Shown here in pieces: positions 17,094 to 25,668 of a DNA stretch of 56,363 bases; positions within the stretch are counted from its first letter, which is position 1; the number at the start of each line of letters is the position of its first letter. The notes beneath the pieces were generated by a model. The model did not search any database. It worked only from the letters and a program-made list of their open reading frames with translations, and was not told where the DNA came from. Position numbers and translations under genes: made by a program. Source of the stretch: a virus (Duplodnaviria > Caudoviricetes); IMG/VR virus record IMGVR_UViG_3300047373_000289, positions 1-56,363 of that record. The stretch is one strand, 5' to 3'.

Positions 17094-17498
17094 ATGGCTA
17101 CGACCACTGCAACACTAACACTTTCGAGCGGGGACCTTACGGGTGACGCTCTCGCGCTTTCATCAACTGCAACATTAACCAAAGCTGGCGTAACTACTGG
17201 TCTTGACGAGACTACAGGTGTTTCTAGAAAGACCTTCGGTACTGCACAGACAGCTTACAATCTTGTCGCAGCTGCTGATTACACTACCCCAATCGCCGCC
17301 AAGGTTTACATCAAAAACAACAGCACTACAGCTGCTGAGTTTGTAACTCTTGAGGTTGGAGCTTCTAACACGGTTATTGGTCGCTTGTATGCAGGCGATT
17401 GGACTTTGCTTCCTTGGGACGGAGCTAACGATATTGATATCGACACAAGCGCTGTAAACATGACTGTGGAGTACATGGTCATTTATGAAACTGTATAA
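17094..17498 (+). CDS. putative capsid auxiliary protein A
   Basis: Beta-rich 134 aa, paralogous to the next ORF. Confidence 0.7.
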   Translation: MATTTATLTLSSGDLTGDALALSSTATLTKAGVTTGLDETTGVSRKTFGTAQTAYNLVAAADYTTPIAAKVYIKNNSTTAAEFVTLEVGASNTVIGRLYAGDWTLLPWDGANDIDIDTSAVNMTVEYMVIYETV

Positions 17499-17917
17499 TG
17501 GCAACGGTACGCGCATCACTCAGCCTGAATAGTGCTGACGTGCTTACGAGCGCGTTGGCCTTAAGCACGGTGGCTAACCTCACTTGCGATTCTGGTGCTT
17601 TAATCAGAGCCAAGGTAAAAGGCACCACCCATGATACTAATTCTCTACGTATTTACGCTGCCGATCAGTGCAGTGAAAGAGCCTACGTGTATGTCAAGAA
17701 TTTAGATTCGGAGCTTGAGCAATACGTTTATGTATACAACGACTCTGAGGCTGATGCGCTTGTAGCTAAGATCGGTGGTGGCGAATTTGCCTTTATTCCC
17801 GTTGCAGTGGATAAGGCTTTCGCGGTTTATGCTACAAAGGTAGACACGATGGTAGAGTATGGTGTATTTGGTAACGACAACTCAACTGTTCCGTTTACTG
17901 GAGCTGGAATAGATTAA
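17498..17917 (+). CDS. putative capsid auxiliary protein B
   Basis: Shares LSLxSxD..ALALS, VYxKN and VEY motifs with the 17094 ORF. Confidence 0.7.
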   Translation: MATVRASLSLNSADVLTSALALSTVANLTCDSGALIRAKVKGTTHDTNSLRIYAADQCSERAYVYVKNLDSELEQYVYVYNDSEADALVAKIGGGEFAFIPVAVDKAFAVYATKVDTMVEYGVFGNDNSTVPFTGAGID

Positions 17918-17927
17918 TAAATAAGAC

Positions 17928-18209
17928 ATGGCACATCCTTCAGAAGCTTTACCTAAAAACATGTACATCCTTAACGGGACTAACGATCTTACACTAACTA
18001 ATGGTCGTCATGTTTTTGCTATATACAACCCAACCGCAGCAGCGGTTACAGTGGACATAACTGGTAGTTTATATACTTATCAGACTAATGCATACAAAGA
18101 GCTTTCAACAGAGACAACAGGATTCCCGATTCCTTCTGGAGGAACTCTTTACGGAAGGTTCACCAACGTGGGGTCTTCAGTCGCTAACGTAGTTTGCTAC
18201 GTGGCTTAA
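17928..18209 (+). CDS. small beta-rich virion protein
   Basis: 93 aa; IPSGGTLYGRFT...VVCY. Confidence 0.7.
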   Translation: MAHPSEALPKNMYILNGTNDLTLTNGRHVFAIYNPTAAAVTVDITGSLYTYQTNAYKELSTETTGFPIPSGGTLYGRFTNVGSSVANVVCYVA

Positions 18210-18233
18210 ATTGAACACAATTAATTAAATATA

Positions 18234-19343
18234 ATGGAACAAAATAACGAAACCATTGCAGGGTTTGAGGTCTTCAGTAACTCTGAGGACCTTGCTGCTT
18301 CTATGAGTAGCACACCAGAACAACCACAAGCCGAACAGGTAACGCCTGAACAGCCTACGGTAGAAGAGACTCCAACGCAAGAAACTCCTGTACAGGAGAT
18401 GCAGACGGAGCAACCAACACAAGAGAACGAGGTTCAGCAGGAAACTGCCGAGCCAACATCTGATACGGAGTATTCAGAAGGCGAACTCGAAGGAGCTGTT
18501 ATGGAATTTCTAAGCAACCGCTTGGGAAGGGAGATCAGTTCTTTTGATGAGTTTGAAAATACTCAACAAGCTGAAGCAAACGCCATTGACGAGCGTGTTG
18601 AAGCCATCGCGAAGTTCGTAGAGGAAACGGGCCGAGCACCAGAGGATTGGTTTAGGTATCAGTCATTGAATCCAGAAGGTATGGATGATATGACGGCTAT
18701 TCGCATTCAAATGGCGAATGAATACCCTAACCTATCTTATGATGAGCTAGACTTACTCGTTAACAGCAAGTACAAGATTGATCCAGACCTCAATACTGAG
18801 GGCGAGGTTCAGCTTGCACAACTACAGCTTAAAATTGATGGTGATAAAGCGCGTCGAGACATAGAAGGGATTAGAGGTAAATACTCTACCCCTGAAGCTG
18901 TCGAGTCAGCGCCTCAATCGCTTATCAATGACGAATGGGTGGCGGCAATGTCTAAGGAAGTTAACGATCTCACAGGTCTAGAGTTTGACCTAGGGAACGA
19001 GAAGACTTTCGAATTTGGCCTTGACGACAACTACAAGTCAGAACTAATAAATAAGAATGCTCGTCTTGACGAGTACTTCGACGATTACGTGCGAGAGGAC
19101 GGAAGCTGGGATTACGACCTGCTGTCTTCGCATAGGGCTTTGATTGATAACATTGACAAAATTGTCAAGTCTGTTTACACCCAAGGGTTGGGTGACGGTC
19201 AAAAAACTATCGTGAACACAGCGGCTAACGTATCTACGCAGACAACCCCTACCACGAATCAAAATCAACAATCTGACCCTTTAGCCGCTCAGCTAAAAAA
19301 CATTATGAGCGGTACTTCAGGTAAGATGACTTTTAACATCTAA
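18234..19343 (+). CDS. putative scaffolding protein
   Basis: Very acidic with an E/Q/P/T-rich N-terminus, directly upstream of the capsid gene. Confidence 0.65.
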   Translation: MEQNNETIAGFEVFSNSEDLAASMSSTPEQPQAEQVTPEQPTVEETPTQETPVQEMQTEQPTQENEVQQETAEPTSDTEYSEGELEGAVMEFLSNRLGREISSFDEFENTQQAEANAIDERVEAIAKFVEETGRAPEDWFRYQSLNPEGMDDMTAIRIQMANEYPNLSYDELDLLVNSKYKIDPDLNTEGEVQLAQLQLKIDGDKARRDIEGIRGKYSTPEAVESAPQSLINDEWVAAMSKEVNDLTGLEFDLGNEKTFEFGLDDNYKSELINKNARLDEYFDDYVREDGSWDYDLLSSHRALIDNIDKIVKSVYTQGLGDGQKTIVNTAANVSTQTTPTTNQNQQSDPLAAQLKNIMSGTSGKMTFNI

Positions 19344-19356
19344 AAAATAGAAAATT

Positions 19357-20733
19357 ATGGCAAACTTAGGAACGGTGCCCTCACTTGACGGAGCACCAAA
19401 CAGATTTACATCAAGCCCAGAGAAATACGCAGCTCTCGGCGATCTTTTGAACGCTGCTGCGAGCGGAGTGAATGAATTGGGAAAACCCGACGTAAGCGAA
19501 CTCTTGGTTGAAACATACGGAGACCAAGGTATCACGGGCTTCTTGAAATTGACTGGCGCAATCACTGCTGCTGGTGCTTCTGATCAGATTGAATTCTACG
19601 AAGTAGGTCGTCGTCACAAGACGATTGCTTGGACTGCTGTTAGCTCTTCAACTGACGCGCATACATTGACCGTAACTGGTGACGTGGCTCAGAAGTACGA
19701 CGTTCTCATGGACGTTGCTACTGGTCTTAGATACCTCGTTCAGTCGGCTTCAAACAACTCTATTGTTGTTCACGGCTTGAATGACGGTTCTAGAACTCCA
19801 GCGTCAACTGGAACGTTCGTTGCGATCGGAAACATGTACCCACAGGGCAGCAACCAACCAGGATCCTTCATCGAGCCAGAAGTAAAAAGATACATTAATA
19901 CCTACGCTATTGTAAAAGATAGATTCCAGGTTAATGGATCTCAAGCTACTAACATCGGCTACGTAAACATCGGCAACGGCGATTACAGATGGTTTATGTA
20001 CGGTGAGCAAGAGGCTCGTAAGCGATTCATGGATAAGCGTGAGATGACCATGTTATTCGGTGAGTTGCATGATGGGACTGGCACAGGCGACTTGGGCACT
20101 GGCAACGATATCGCTGGTTCTGAAGGTTACATCACTGCTTTGGAGAGCAGAGGCATCAACGTTACTAATGCTAACGCTAACCCTCTCGATTCATTTGCTG
20201 AATTCGATGACATCATCTTGGAACTCGACAGACAAGGGGCTCCTTCTGAGTACGCTATGTACGTAAATAGAAAGCAAGACTTGGCTATCGACGATATGCT
20301 CGCTTCTGGTATTTCTACTGGTGTTACTGCTGGTTTGGCTGGACAGTTCGGTGCTTTCAACAACAGCGCTGATATGGCTGTGAAGCTCGGCTTTAAGTCG
20401 TTCACTCGCGGTGGTTACACCTTCCACAAGCACGACTGGAAGCTGTTGAATGACCCAACTTTGGTTGGTGCTTCAAACAAGTTCCAAGGTGTTATGTGTC
20501 CATTGACTCAAGTAACTGATGCTCGCTCTGGCATGAAAGCTCCAGCTTTGGAGATGAAGTACAAAGCGTCTAACGGCTACTCTCGTGAGATGGAGCACTG
20601 GGTAACTGGTGGTGGCGTATTGGGTCACAACAACAACGGAGATAATGGTGCTGACGTTGCTACGTTCCACTACCGATCTGAAGTTGCTTTGTTGACTCGT
20701 GCTGCAAACCAACACGTACTCATCAAGGGTTAA
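19357..20733 (+). CDS. major capsid protein (crAss-like)
   Basis: 458 aa; ETYGDQGITGFL, REMTMLFGE, LGFKSF.RGGYTFHKHDWKLLNDP; highly-expressed codon style; position after scaffold. Confidence 0.88.
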   Translation: MANLGTVPSLDGAPNRFTSSPEKYAALGDLLNAAASGVNELGKPDVSELLVETYGDQGITGFLKLTGAITAAGASDQIEFYEVGRRHKTIAWTAVSSSTDAHTLTVTGDVAQKYDVLMDVATGLRYLVQSASNNSIVVHGLNDGSRTPASTGTFVAIGNMYPQGSNQPGSFIEPEVKRYINTYAIVKDRFQVNGSQATNIGYVNIGNGDYRWFMYGEQEARKRFMDKREMTMLFGELHDGTGTGDLGTGNDIAGSEGYITALESRGINVTNANANPLDSFAEFDDIILELDRQGAPSEYAMYVNRKQDLAIDDMLASGISTGVTAGLAGQFGAFNNSADMAVKLGFKSFTRGGYTFHKHDWKLLNDPTLVGASNKFQGVMCPLTQVTDARSGMKAPALEMKYKASNGYSREMEHWVTGGGVLGHNNNGDNGADVATFHYRSEVALLTRAANQHVLIKG

Positions 20734-20761
20734 TTGTTTAATCTTTAAATATTTAGAAGCG

Positions 20762-21043
20762 ATGATTAAATTTGTAAAAGGAGCGGGCTACTACTTTCCC
20801 GTAAACAATTTGCTTGGGATTGATGCTGCGACAGCTACTGTTGTTGACCTTCATTTCCCAACCCTTCAGGGTCTCCTGCAAGATGACAAGTTCGACGTAT
20901 CTGTAACCTCTGGTAAAGAAACGGCTGTTGCTGAAGCGTTGATTGAAGAAATCAACTTTGGCAAGCAGGTCGTGATCGACTGTGGTTCAGGTGGTGCGTT
21001 CGCAGATGTAGACGGTGCGGTTACTGTAACCGAGCACTCTTAA
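20762..21043 (+). CDS. putative capsid decoration protein (93 aa)
   Basis: ATG at 20762 in the track ORF frame; lies between the capsid gene and a terminator. Confidence 0.7.
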   Translation: MIKFVKGAGYYFPVNNLLGIDAATATVVDLHFPTLQGLLQDDKFDVSVTSGKETAVAEALIEEINFGKQVVIDCGSGGAFADVDGAVTVTEHS

Positions 21044-21059
21044 TAACTAATGTGGTATG

Positions 21060-21083
21060 GCGGGGGCTTCGGCCCCTGCTTTT
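21060..21083 (+). terminator. intrinsic terminator after the capsid genes
   Basis: GCGGGGGC-TTCG-GCCCCTGC-TTTT. Confidence 0.8.
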
Positions 21084-21104
21084 ACCCTCTTAAAAACGAG
21101 AAGA

Positions 21105-21719
21105 ATGATTAATACATTATTTGCAAGCAGTGGCTTGTCCACAAAGCTCACGTCTGAGGAGGTTTTCTTTATTGCTGATGCAGCAAAGAATAATCGTCTT
21201 CTTGGAATTAAGGCTGACGATACGAATGATGAACTTAAGATTTATTTCAAAGACAGCGGTAATACAGCGGCTAATGAAGTTCTTACTCTTGATACCGTCG
21301 ATGGTAAGGCAGAAACAGCAGTAGAAGATATTATCGACGCTTTGAATGCAATTCTTAAGAACAGTCAAGTAGTTAAAGCGACTGAAGGTCTAAATAGCGT
21401 AGATGGTGTGAATGGGGTTCAGATGCCTGCCTTTACGGTCACTAATACTGATGTCGCCATTAGCGCTACAGCAACAGATGACTTTACATTTACCTTAGGC
21501 TCTGCTACTATTGGATGTACTTTCTCTGCTGTTTTGACTATGGATGACGACAGTCATACATTTACTAAAACTGGAACTATTGCTACAGCTACTGACGCAA
21601 TTACTTTCGACAGTACAGACTTTAGCGCTGGCGCCGCGACTCTTGTTGTTACTCTGACTAATCCAAATCAGCCAGATGTAACCAGAGTTGTGTCTCAAGC
21701 AGCTACGATTACTTCGTAA
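21105..21719 (+). CDS. putative head decoration protein with an Ig-like C-terminus
   Basis: ATG at 21105 is downstream of the terminator; T-rich beta C-terminal domain. Confidence 0.7.
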   Translation: MINTLFASSGLSTKLTSEEVFFIADAAKNNRLLGIKADDTNDELKIYFKDSGNTAANEVLTLDTVDGKAETAVEDIIDALNAILKNSQVVKATEGLNSVDGVNGVQMPAFTVTNTDVAISATATDDFTFTLGSATIGCTFSAVLTMDDDSHTFTKTGTIATATDAITFDSTDFSAGAATLVVTLTNPNQPDVTRVVSQAATITS

Positions 21720-21741
21720 TCTTACTTCCATAGATGAAACT

Positions 21742-21767
21742 GGCCCTACGGGGCCTTTTTCTTTTTT
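21742..21767 (+). terminator. intrinsic terminator
   Basis: GGCCC-TACG-GGGCC-TTTTTCTTTTTT. Confidence 0.85.
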
Positions 21768-21769
21768 CT

Positions 21770-21777
21770 TATATTTG
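21770..21777 (+). promoter_or_regulatory. -7 promoter element TATATTTG(CA)
   Basis: Directly follows the terminator, upstream of 21799. Confidence 0.75.
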
Positions 21778-21798
21778 CAGTAATTAATTTAATTTAAT

Positions 21799-22629
21799 AT
21801 GAATACACCAACTAAAAAGGCTCCTGGACGGCCTAAAAGAGTCCAACCCGACGCTCAAGTAGTGTCTCCTTCCCCAGCTAAAAAGAAGCCTTCTATCAAA
21901 AGAAAAGAGCGGGTAGAATCCAATAAGGAGTTTGAGATCCCCAAGAACGGAGGCGTTGTGTTCTTGCTTCCTCAAAAAGGAGTGACCGTTTACGATAACG
22001 ACAAAGACACAGTTAGAGAGATTCGATACTGCCCCAACGAGCCGTCTATCTATATGGATGAGCAAAGCCAAAACGCTCGTCGTGAGGCCGTCATCTTCAA
22101 TGAGGGTCGAATCTTTGTACCAAAAGATAAGCCTAACTTGCGCATGTTTCTTGAGGCTCATCCATTAAACATGGCAAACGGAGGACAGCTTTTCAAAGAG
22201 GTAGACAAGAAGGTAGAGGCTGAACAGGAGTTGAAGAAAGAGTTCTTGCAAAACGAGGCTATTATGATGGTTCGAGAAAAAAGCATCGAAGAGCTTCTCC
22301 CTGTAGCTATTTACTTTAACGTGAGTATTGACCAACCAACATCTGAGATTAGGTTTAACTTACTTCGGATTGCCAAAAAGAAGCCGTCTGAGTTTATAGA
22401 GGCTTTTGATTCACCTCAGGTTCAGGTGAGATCAACCGTAAAACAAGCTGCTGACTATCAAATAATCAATGTCAAAAAAGACGGCGTTTATTGGTTTGAC
22501 TCTAACGGGCTGATTGTATCTGTGCCTGTAGGTCAAGACCCACTAGATGTAATGGTTAGGTTCTGCCTAACAGAGAAAGGAGCTTCGGTTCTATCATCCT
22601 TAGAAGAAAAGCTAGAGCGTCTAGCATAA
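21799..22629 (+). CDS. conserved morphogenesis-region protein
   Basis: 276 aa; REIRYCPNEPSIYMDEQ...FLEAHP. Confidence 0.8.
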   Translation: MNTPTKKAPGRPKRVQPDAQVVSPSPAKKKPSIKRKERVESNKEFEIPKNGGVVFLLPQKGVTVYDNDKDTVREIRYCPNEPSIYMDEQSQNARREAVIFNEGRIFVPKDKPNLRMFLEAHPLNMANGGQLFKEVDKKVEAEQELKKEFLQNEAIMMVREKSIEELLPVAIYFNVSIDQPTSEIRFNLLRIAKKKPSEFIEAFDSPQVQVRSTVKQAADYQIINVKKDGVYWFDSNGLIVSVPVGQDPLDVMVRFCLTEKGASVLSSLEEKLERLA

Positions 22630-22631
22630 AG

Positions 22632-22661
22632 AAAGGCCACCTTCGGGTGGCTTTTTTGTTT
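22632..22661 (+). terminator. intrinsic terminator
   Basis: GGCCACC-TTCG-GGTGGCT-TTTTT. Confidence 0.9.
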
Positions 22662-22663
22662 CG

Positions 22664-22671
22664 TATATTTG
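22664..22671 (+). promoter_or_regulatory. -7 promoter element TATATTTG
   Basis: 4 nt before the ATG at 22676. Confidence 0.7.
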
Positions 22672-22675
22672 TTTC

Positions 22676-24004
22676 ATGGACAGAAAATTCTTCTTTTTCC
22701 GTAGGGAACCAGAGTCAGAGACTAGCACCTCTTTCTCAGACACAGGTGTGGGATTAAGTACTATCGCCATCCCTTCAGAAAACCTCACTTTTATTACAGC
22801 TGGCAAAAAGAAAGTAGTCTTTACGTTCAAGGATTGCAACGGCTTTGATGAGTCTACCCTTCAAGAGGGTGAGTCAATACCTAAAGCAAACATCACCGTA
22901 GCCTGTAAAGAGGGAGATGAGGCTGGGTTGATAGAGGATGTAATCAACTTTATGTCTAGAGACACAGCAAAGAATATCATGAAGTTTGATGTGGTAGAAG
23001 GTAAGTCTACGTTTGACAAGGCTGTAGTAGATACATTAGACGACGTGAGATCTATTATCCCTGCTTCACCAATTAAAACAACCACAAAGGAACTTGCTGT
23101 TGGCGATGAAGCTAAAAAGTTTCAGGGTACTATAGGTGAGATATTCTTCGGAGAGAACCTGCCAGAGTTGGATTACAACCACACAAGCATGGCTGATTTT
23201 GCACACAACGCGGTCTTTAGTTCATTCCCTAATAGAGGAACAGCTGGATCAGCCTATGATTTAAATCAAAGTCAAGGAAGCACAAGAATAAACGACCCGT
23301 CTGATACTAGCGGAGAATCTACTATGGCTAAAAAGGGTGTAAATATAGGAAGTATCAACTCATACAATCTAGCAAGCGAATTTACAATATCCAATGATTA
23401 CACCATTTATGCTGTCTTCAATACTAATGGCATAGCTACCAGTAGCGACTATGGTGTAGGCGCTCTTTATGGAGATTCGGCTGGAGAGGCTTTTGGTTTT
23501 GGCGCACGACCATCGAGCAGCGGACGGGTTACGTCAACAAATAAGGACTTTCACTTATCTAGAAATGTTTTCTGCGTTAGACACTCTGGTTTAAATGGAT
23601 ACCCAGCCTTTGTTGATACAACCTCAACTGCTGATGGAACAAAGTCTTTTGAGATTCCAGATCCAAACCCTACATCACCCTCGTACCAGCCTAATAACGT
23701 TTTTATAATTAGGAGGGACAAAGACTTCAATATGTATCTTCACAACAGAGATGGAGATATAGTAGCTAGAATACCAGCCGTCAACCCTAGCGGGGATCCA
23801 GTATTAGGTGGTAGTGTAACGGATTCTGGAATACCAGGAAGGACTGACGGAGACCTTGTGTTGAATGCTATAGGCGAGACTGGAGGCGTAAGCGTATCTG
23901 GGAAGGTTGTTTTGAATAGGTTTGGTGTTATAAACAGAGACATAGGGGCTAACGAGGCCGCTAACTTAGCCAATCAGCTATTCGCCTTATACCGAGGTAA
24001 ATAA
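22676..24004 (+). CDS. virion protein with a divergent LamG-like C-terminal domain
   Basis: DYTIYAVF...FIIRRD...LANQL; N-terminus resembles the 20762 and 21105 proteins. Confidence 0.65.
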   Translation: MDRKFFFFRREPESETSTSFSDTGVGLSTIAIPSENLTFITAGKKKVVFTFKDCNGFDESTLQEGESIPKANITVACKEGDEAGLIEDVINFMSRDTAKNIMKFDVVEGKSTFDKAVVDTLDDVRSIIPASPIKTTTKELAVGDEAKKFQGTIGEIFFGENLPELDYNHTSMADFAHNAVFSSFPNRGTAGSAYDLNQSQGSTRINDPSDTSGESTMAKKGVNIGSINSYNLASEFTISNDYTIYAVFNTNGIATSSDYGVGALYGDSAGEAFGFGARPSSSGRVTSTNKDFHLSRNVFCVRHSGLNGYPAFVDTTSTADGTKSFEIPDPNPTSPSYQPNNVFIIRRDKDFNMYLHNRDGDIVARIPAVNPSGDPVLGGSVTDSGIPGRTDGDLVLNAIGETGGVSVSGKVVLNRFGVINRDIGANEAANLANQLFALYRGK

Positions 24005-24022
24005 CAGCCTATTTGTTTTTCG

Positions 24023-24030
24023 TATATTTG
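24023..24030 (+). promoter_or_regulatory. -7 promoter element TATATTTG
   Basis: 4 nt before the ATG at 24035. Confidence 0.7.
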
Positions 24031-24034
24031 TTTT

Positions 24035-24802
24035 ATGGTAAGCGTATTACAAGTATATAACGCCGTAAAGGATATCGCCAACAAAGAGCAAAAGGGCTTT
24101 ATTACACCTGGCGTGTTCAATTCCTTTGCCCCTATAGCGCAGATGAATATCTATAATGAGATGTTCTCAGAGCTTGTGGACGCTAAGCGTATAAGCAGGC
24201 AGAACTTCGATCCAGGCAGAGACAAGTCTGTAAGAAAGCAGAAGCTAGAAGACCTTTCTTTTTATCACAGAAGAAAAGGAAATTTGGAGCTTTCTTACTC
24301 TGGTGGGTTGCTTTCAAAGCCTCTTGATCTATCAAGGTTGATATCCGTTTATTGTGGTTTCCCTTTGTCGCCAGTTCAGGTTTCAACCTCATCTGATGGT
24401 GGGGCACTAACCAACTGTGAGATAGTTTACGACCCAGAAAAGATAGATAGAATTATAGGGAGTAATCTTTCTTATCCGACTAATGACTTTCCTATAGCCT
24501 TAGTTTCCGCTATAGATATTGAGATTTTTCCAAGCCCTCAATTTGTGGAGCTAACATATTACGCTAAGCCAACTTCGTTTGACAAGGACGGAAATATAAG
24601 CGAGGGGTCTCCTTATTATGATTATGATGTTGTAAGCTACAATGGAGATGATTTAGAGCTTCCCTCTAGCTCCTGTAGAGATTTCATGCTTCCCCCTCAT
24701 TACCTCAACGAGGTAGTTATGGAGATTGCTAAATTAATAGGTGTTAGGTTGCGAGACCCTAATGTAACTCAGTTCGCAACACAAGAAGAAGCATCTGAAT
24801 AA
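24035..24802 (+). CDS. tail ring/adaptor protein 1
   Basis: VYNAV..IANKEQKGFITP..FN..A..AQ...LTYYAKP...LIGV.LRD, crAss-like ring protein pattern. Confidence 0.75.
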   Translation: MVSVLQVYNAVKDIANKEQKGFITPGVFNSFAPIAQMNIYNEMFSELVDAKRISRQNFDPGRDKSVRKQKLEDLSFYHRRKGNLELSYSGGLLSKPLDLSRLISVYCGFPLSPVQVSTSSDGGALTNCEIVYDPEKIDRIIGSNLSYPTNDFPIALVSAIDIEIFPSPQFVELTYYAKPTSFDKDGNISEGSPYYDYDVVSYNGDDLELPSSSCRDFMLPPHYLNEVVMEIAKLIGVRLRDPNVTQFATQEEASE

Positions 24803-25668
24803 TGGCACATAATAAAGTAAAGCTAAGTCAAATAATCAGGGACTTCATCATCACGCTTGATGGAGACGACTACGCAAGTAACGCTTCAGACAGCGCTATA
24901 AGAAACTTCGCATTAAGGGGTATTAGAGAGATTGGTTTTGATCTTGGTAAAAAGATAAAATCTTTAAAAAGAGATATACAACCTAATGACACGGTTATAC
25001 TTCCAGAAGATTTTGTTGATTTATTAAAGTTAGGTATTGTTGACGAGGATGGTATCGTGAGGGTGTTCGGAAATAACAAGAACATAAATTATTCGAGGCG
25101 GAGATCTGGAGCTGGCGCTAATATCAATCTTGAGGTTTCTGACACCGAAGACTCAACTACTGGTGAAAGCAATGATGGCCCCTTAAATATTCCAAACAAT
25201 TTTATAAACGATACTGTTGAAAGCAAGAGCTCTACAGGCGCTACAGGGGGTTCTGATAACGACTTTAGTCAATACGTATTCGAGAATTACATCTATCAAG
25301 GTGGTGCAGGAAGACTGTACGGAGCAGGTGGTGGTCACTTAGCTGGAGAGTATAGGCTCAACCTAGATCAAGATAGGATTGAAATAGAGACTAATAGCGA
25401 ATACTCTCAAGTGGTGATAGAGTATATTGCCGATGAAGCCAGGTCAACCGACCCAGAAGTTCATGTGTACGCAGAAGAAGCGTTGAGGTCGTATATGTAC
25501 TACAAGATTATAGAGCGCAAATCATCCGTCCCAGCAAACGAGAAGTCTAGGGCTAGAGCAGAGTACTATAACGAAAGAAGAAAGGCTAACGCCCGATTGA
25601 GCAACTTCACTAAGGAAGAGGCGTTGAAGACGATTCGTAAGAACTTTATGCAAGCACCTAAGTACTGA
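24802..25668 (+). CDS. tail ring/adaptor protein 2
   Basis: LPEDFVDLLKL...VVIEYIAD...VHVYAEEALRSY...ARLS. Confidence 0.75.
   Translation: MAHNKVKLSQIIRDFIITLDGDDYASNASDSAIRNFALRGIREIGFDLGKKIKSLKRDIQPNDTVILPEDFVDLLKLGIVDEDGIVRVFGNNKNINYSRRRSGAGANINLEVSDTEDSTTGESNDGPLNIPNNFINDTVESKSSTGATGGSDNDFSQYVFENYIYQGGAGRLYGAGGGHLAGEYRLNLDQDRIEIETNSEYSQVVIEYIADEARSTDPEVHVYAEEALRSYMYYKIIERKSSVPANEKSRARAEYYNERRKANARLSNFTKEEALKTIRKNFMQAPKY

Noticed and set aside
21057-21104. Track N-terminal extension of the 21105 ORF
   Set aside because: It spans the terminator hairpin at 21060-21083.
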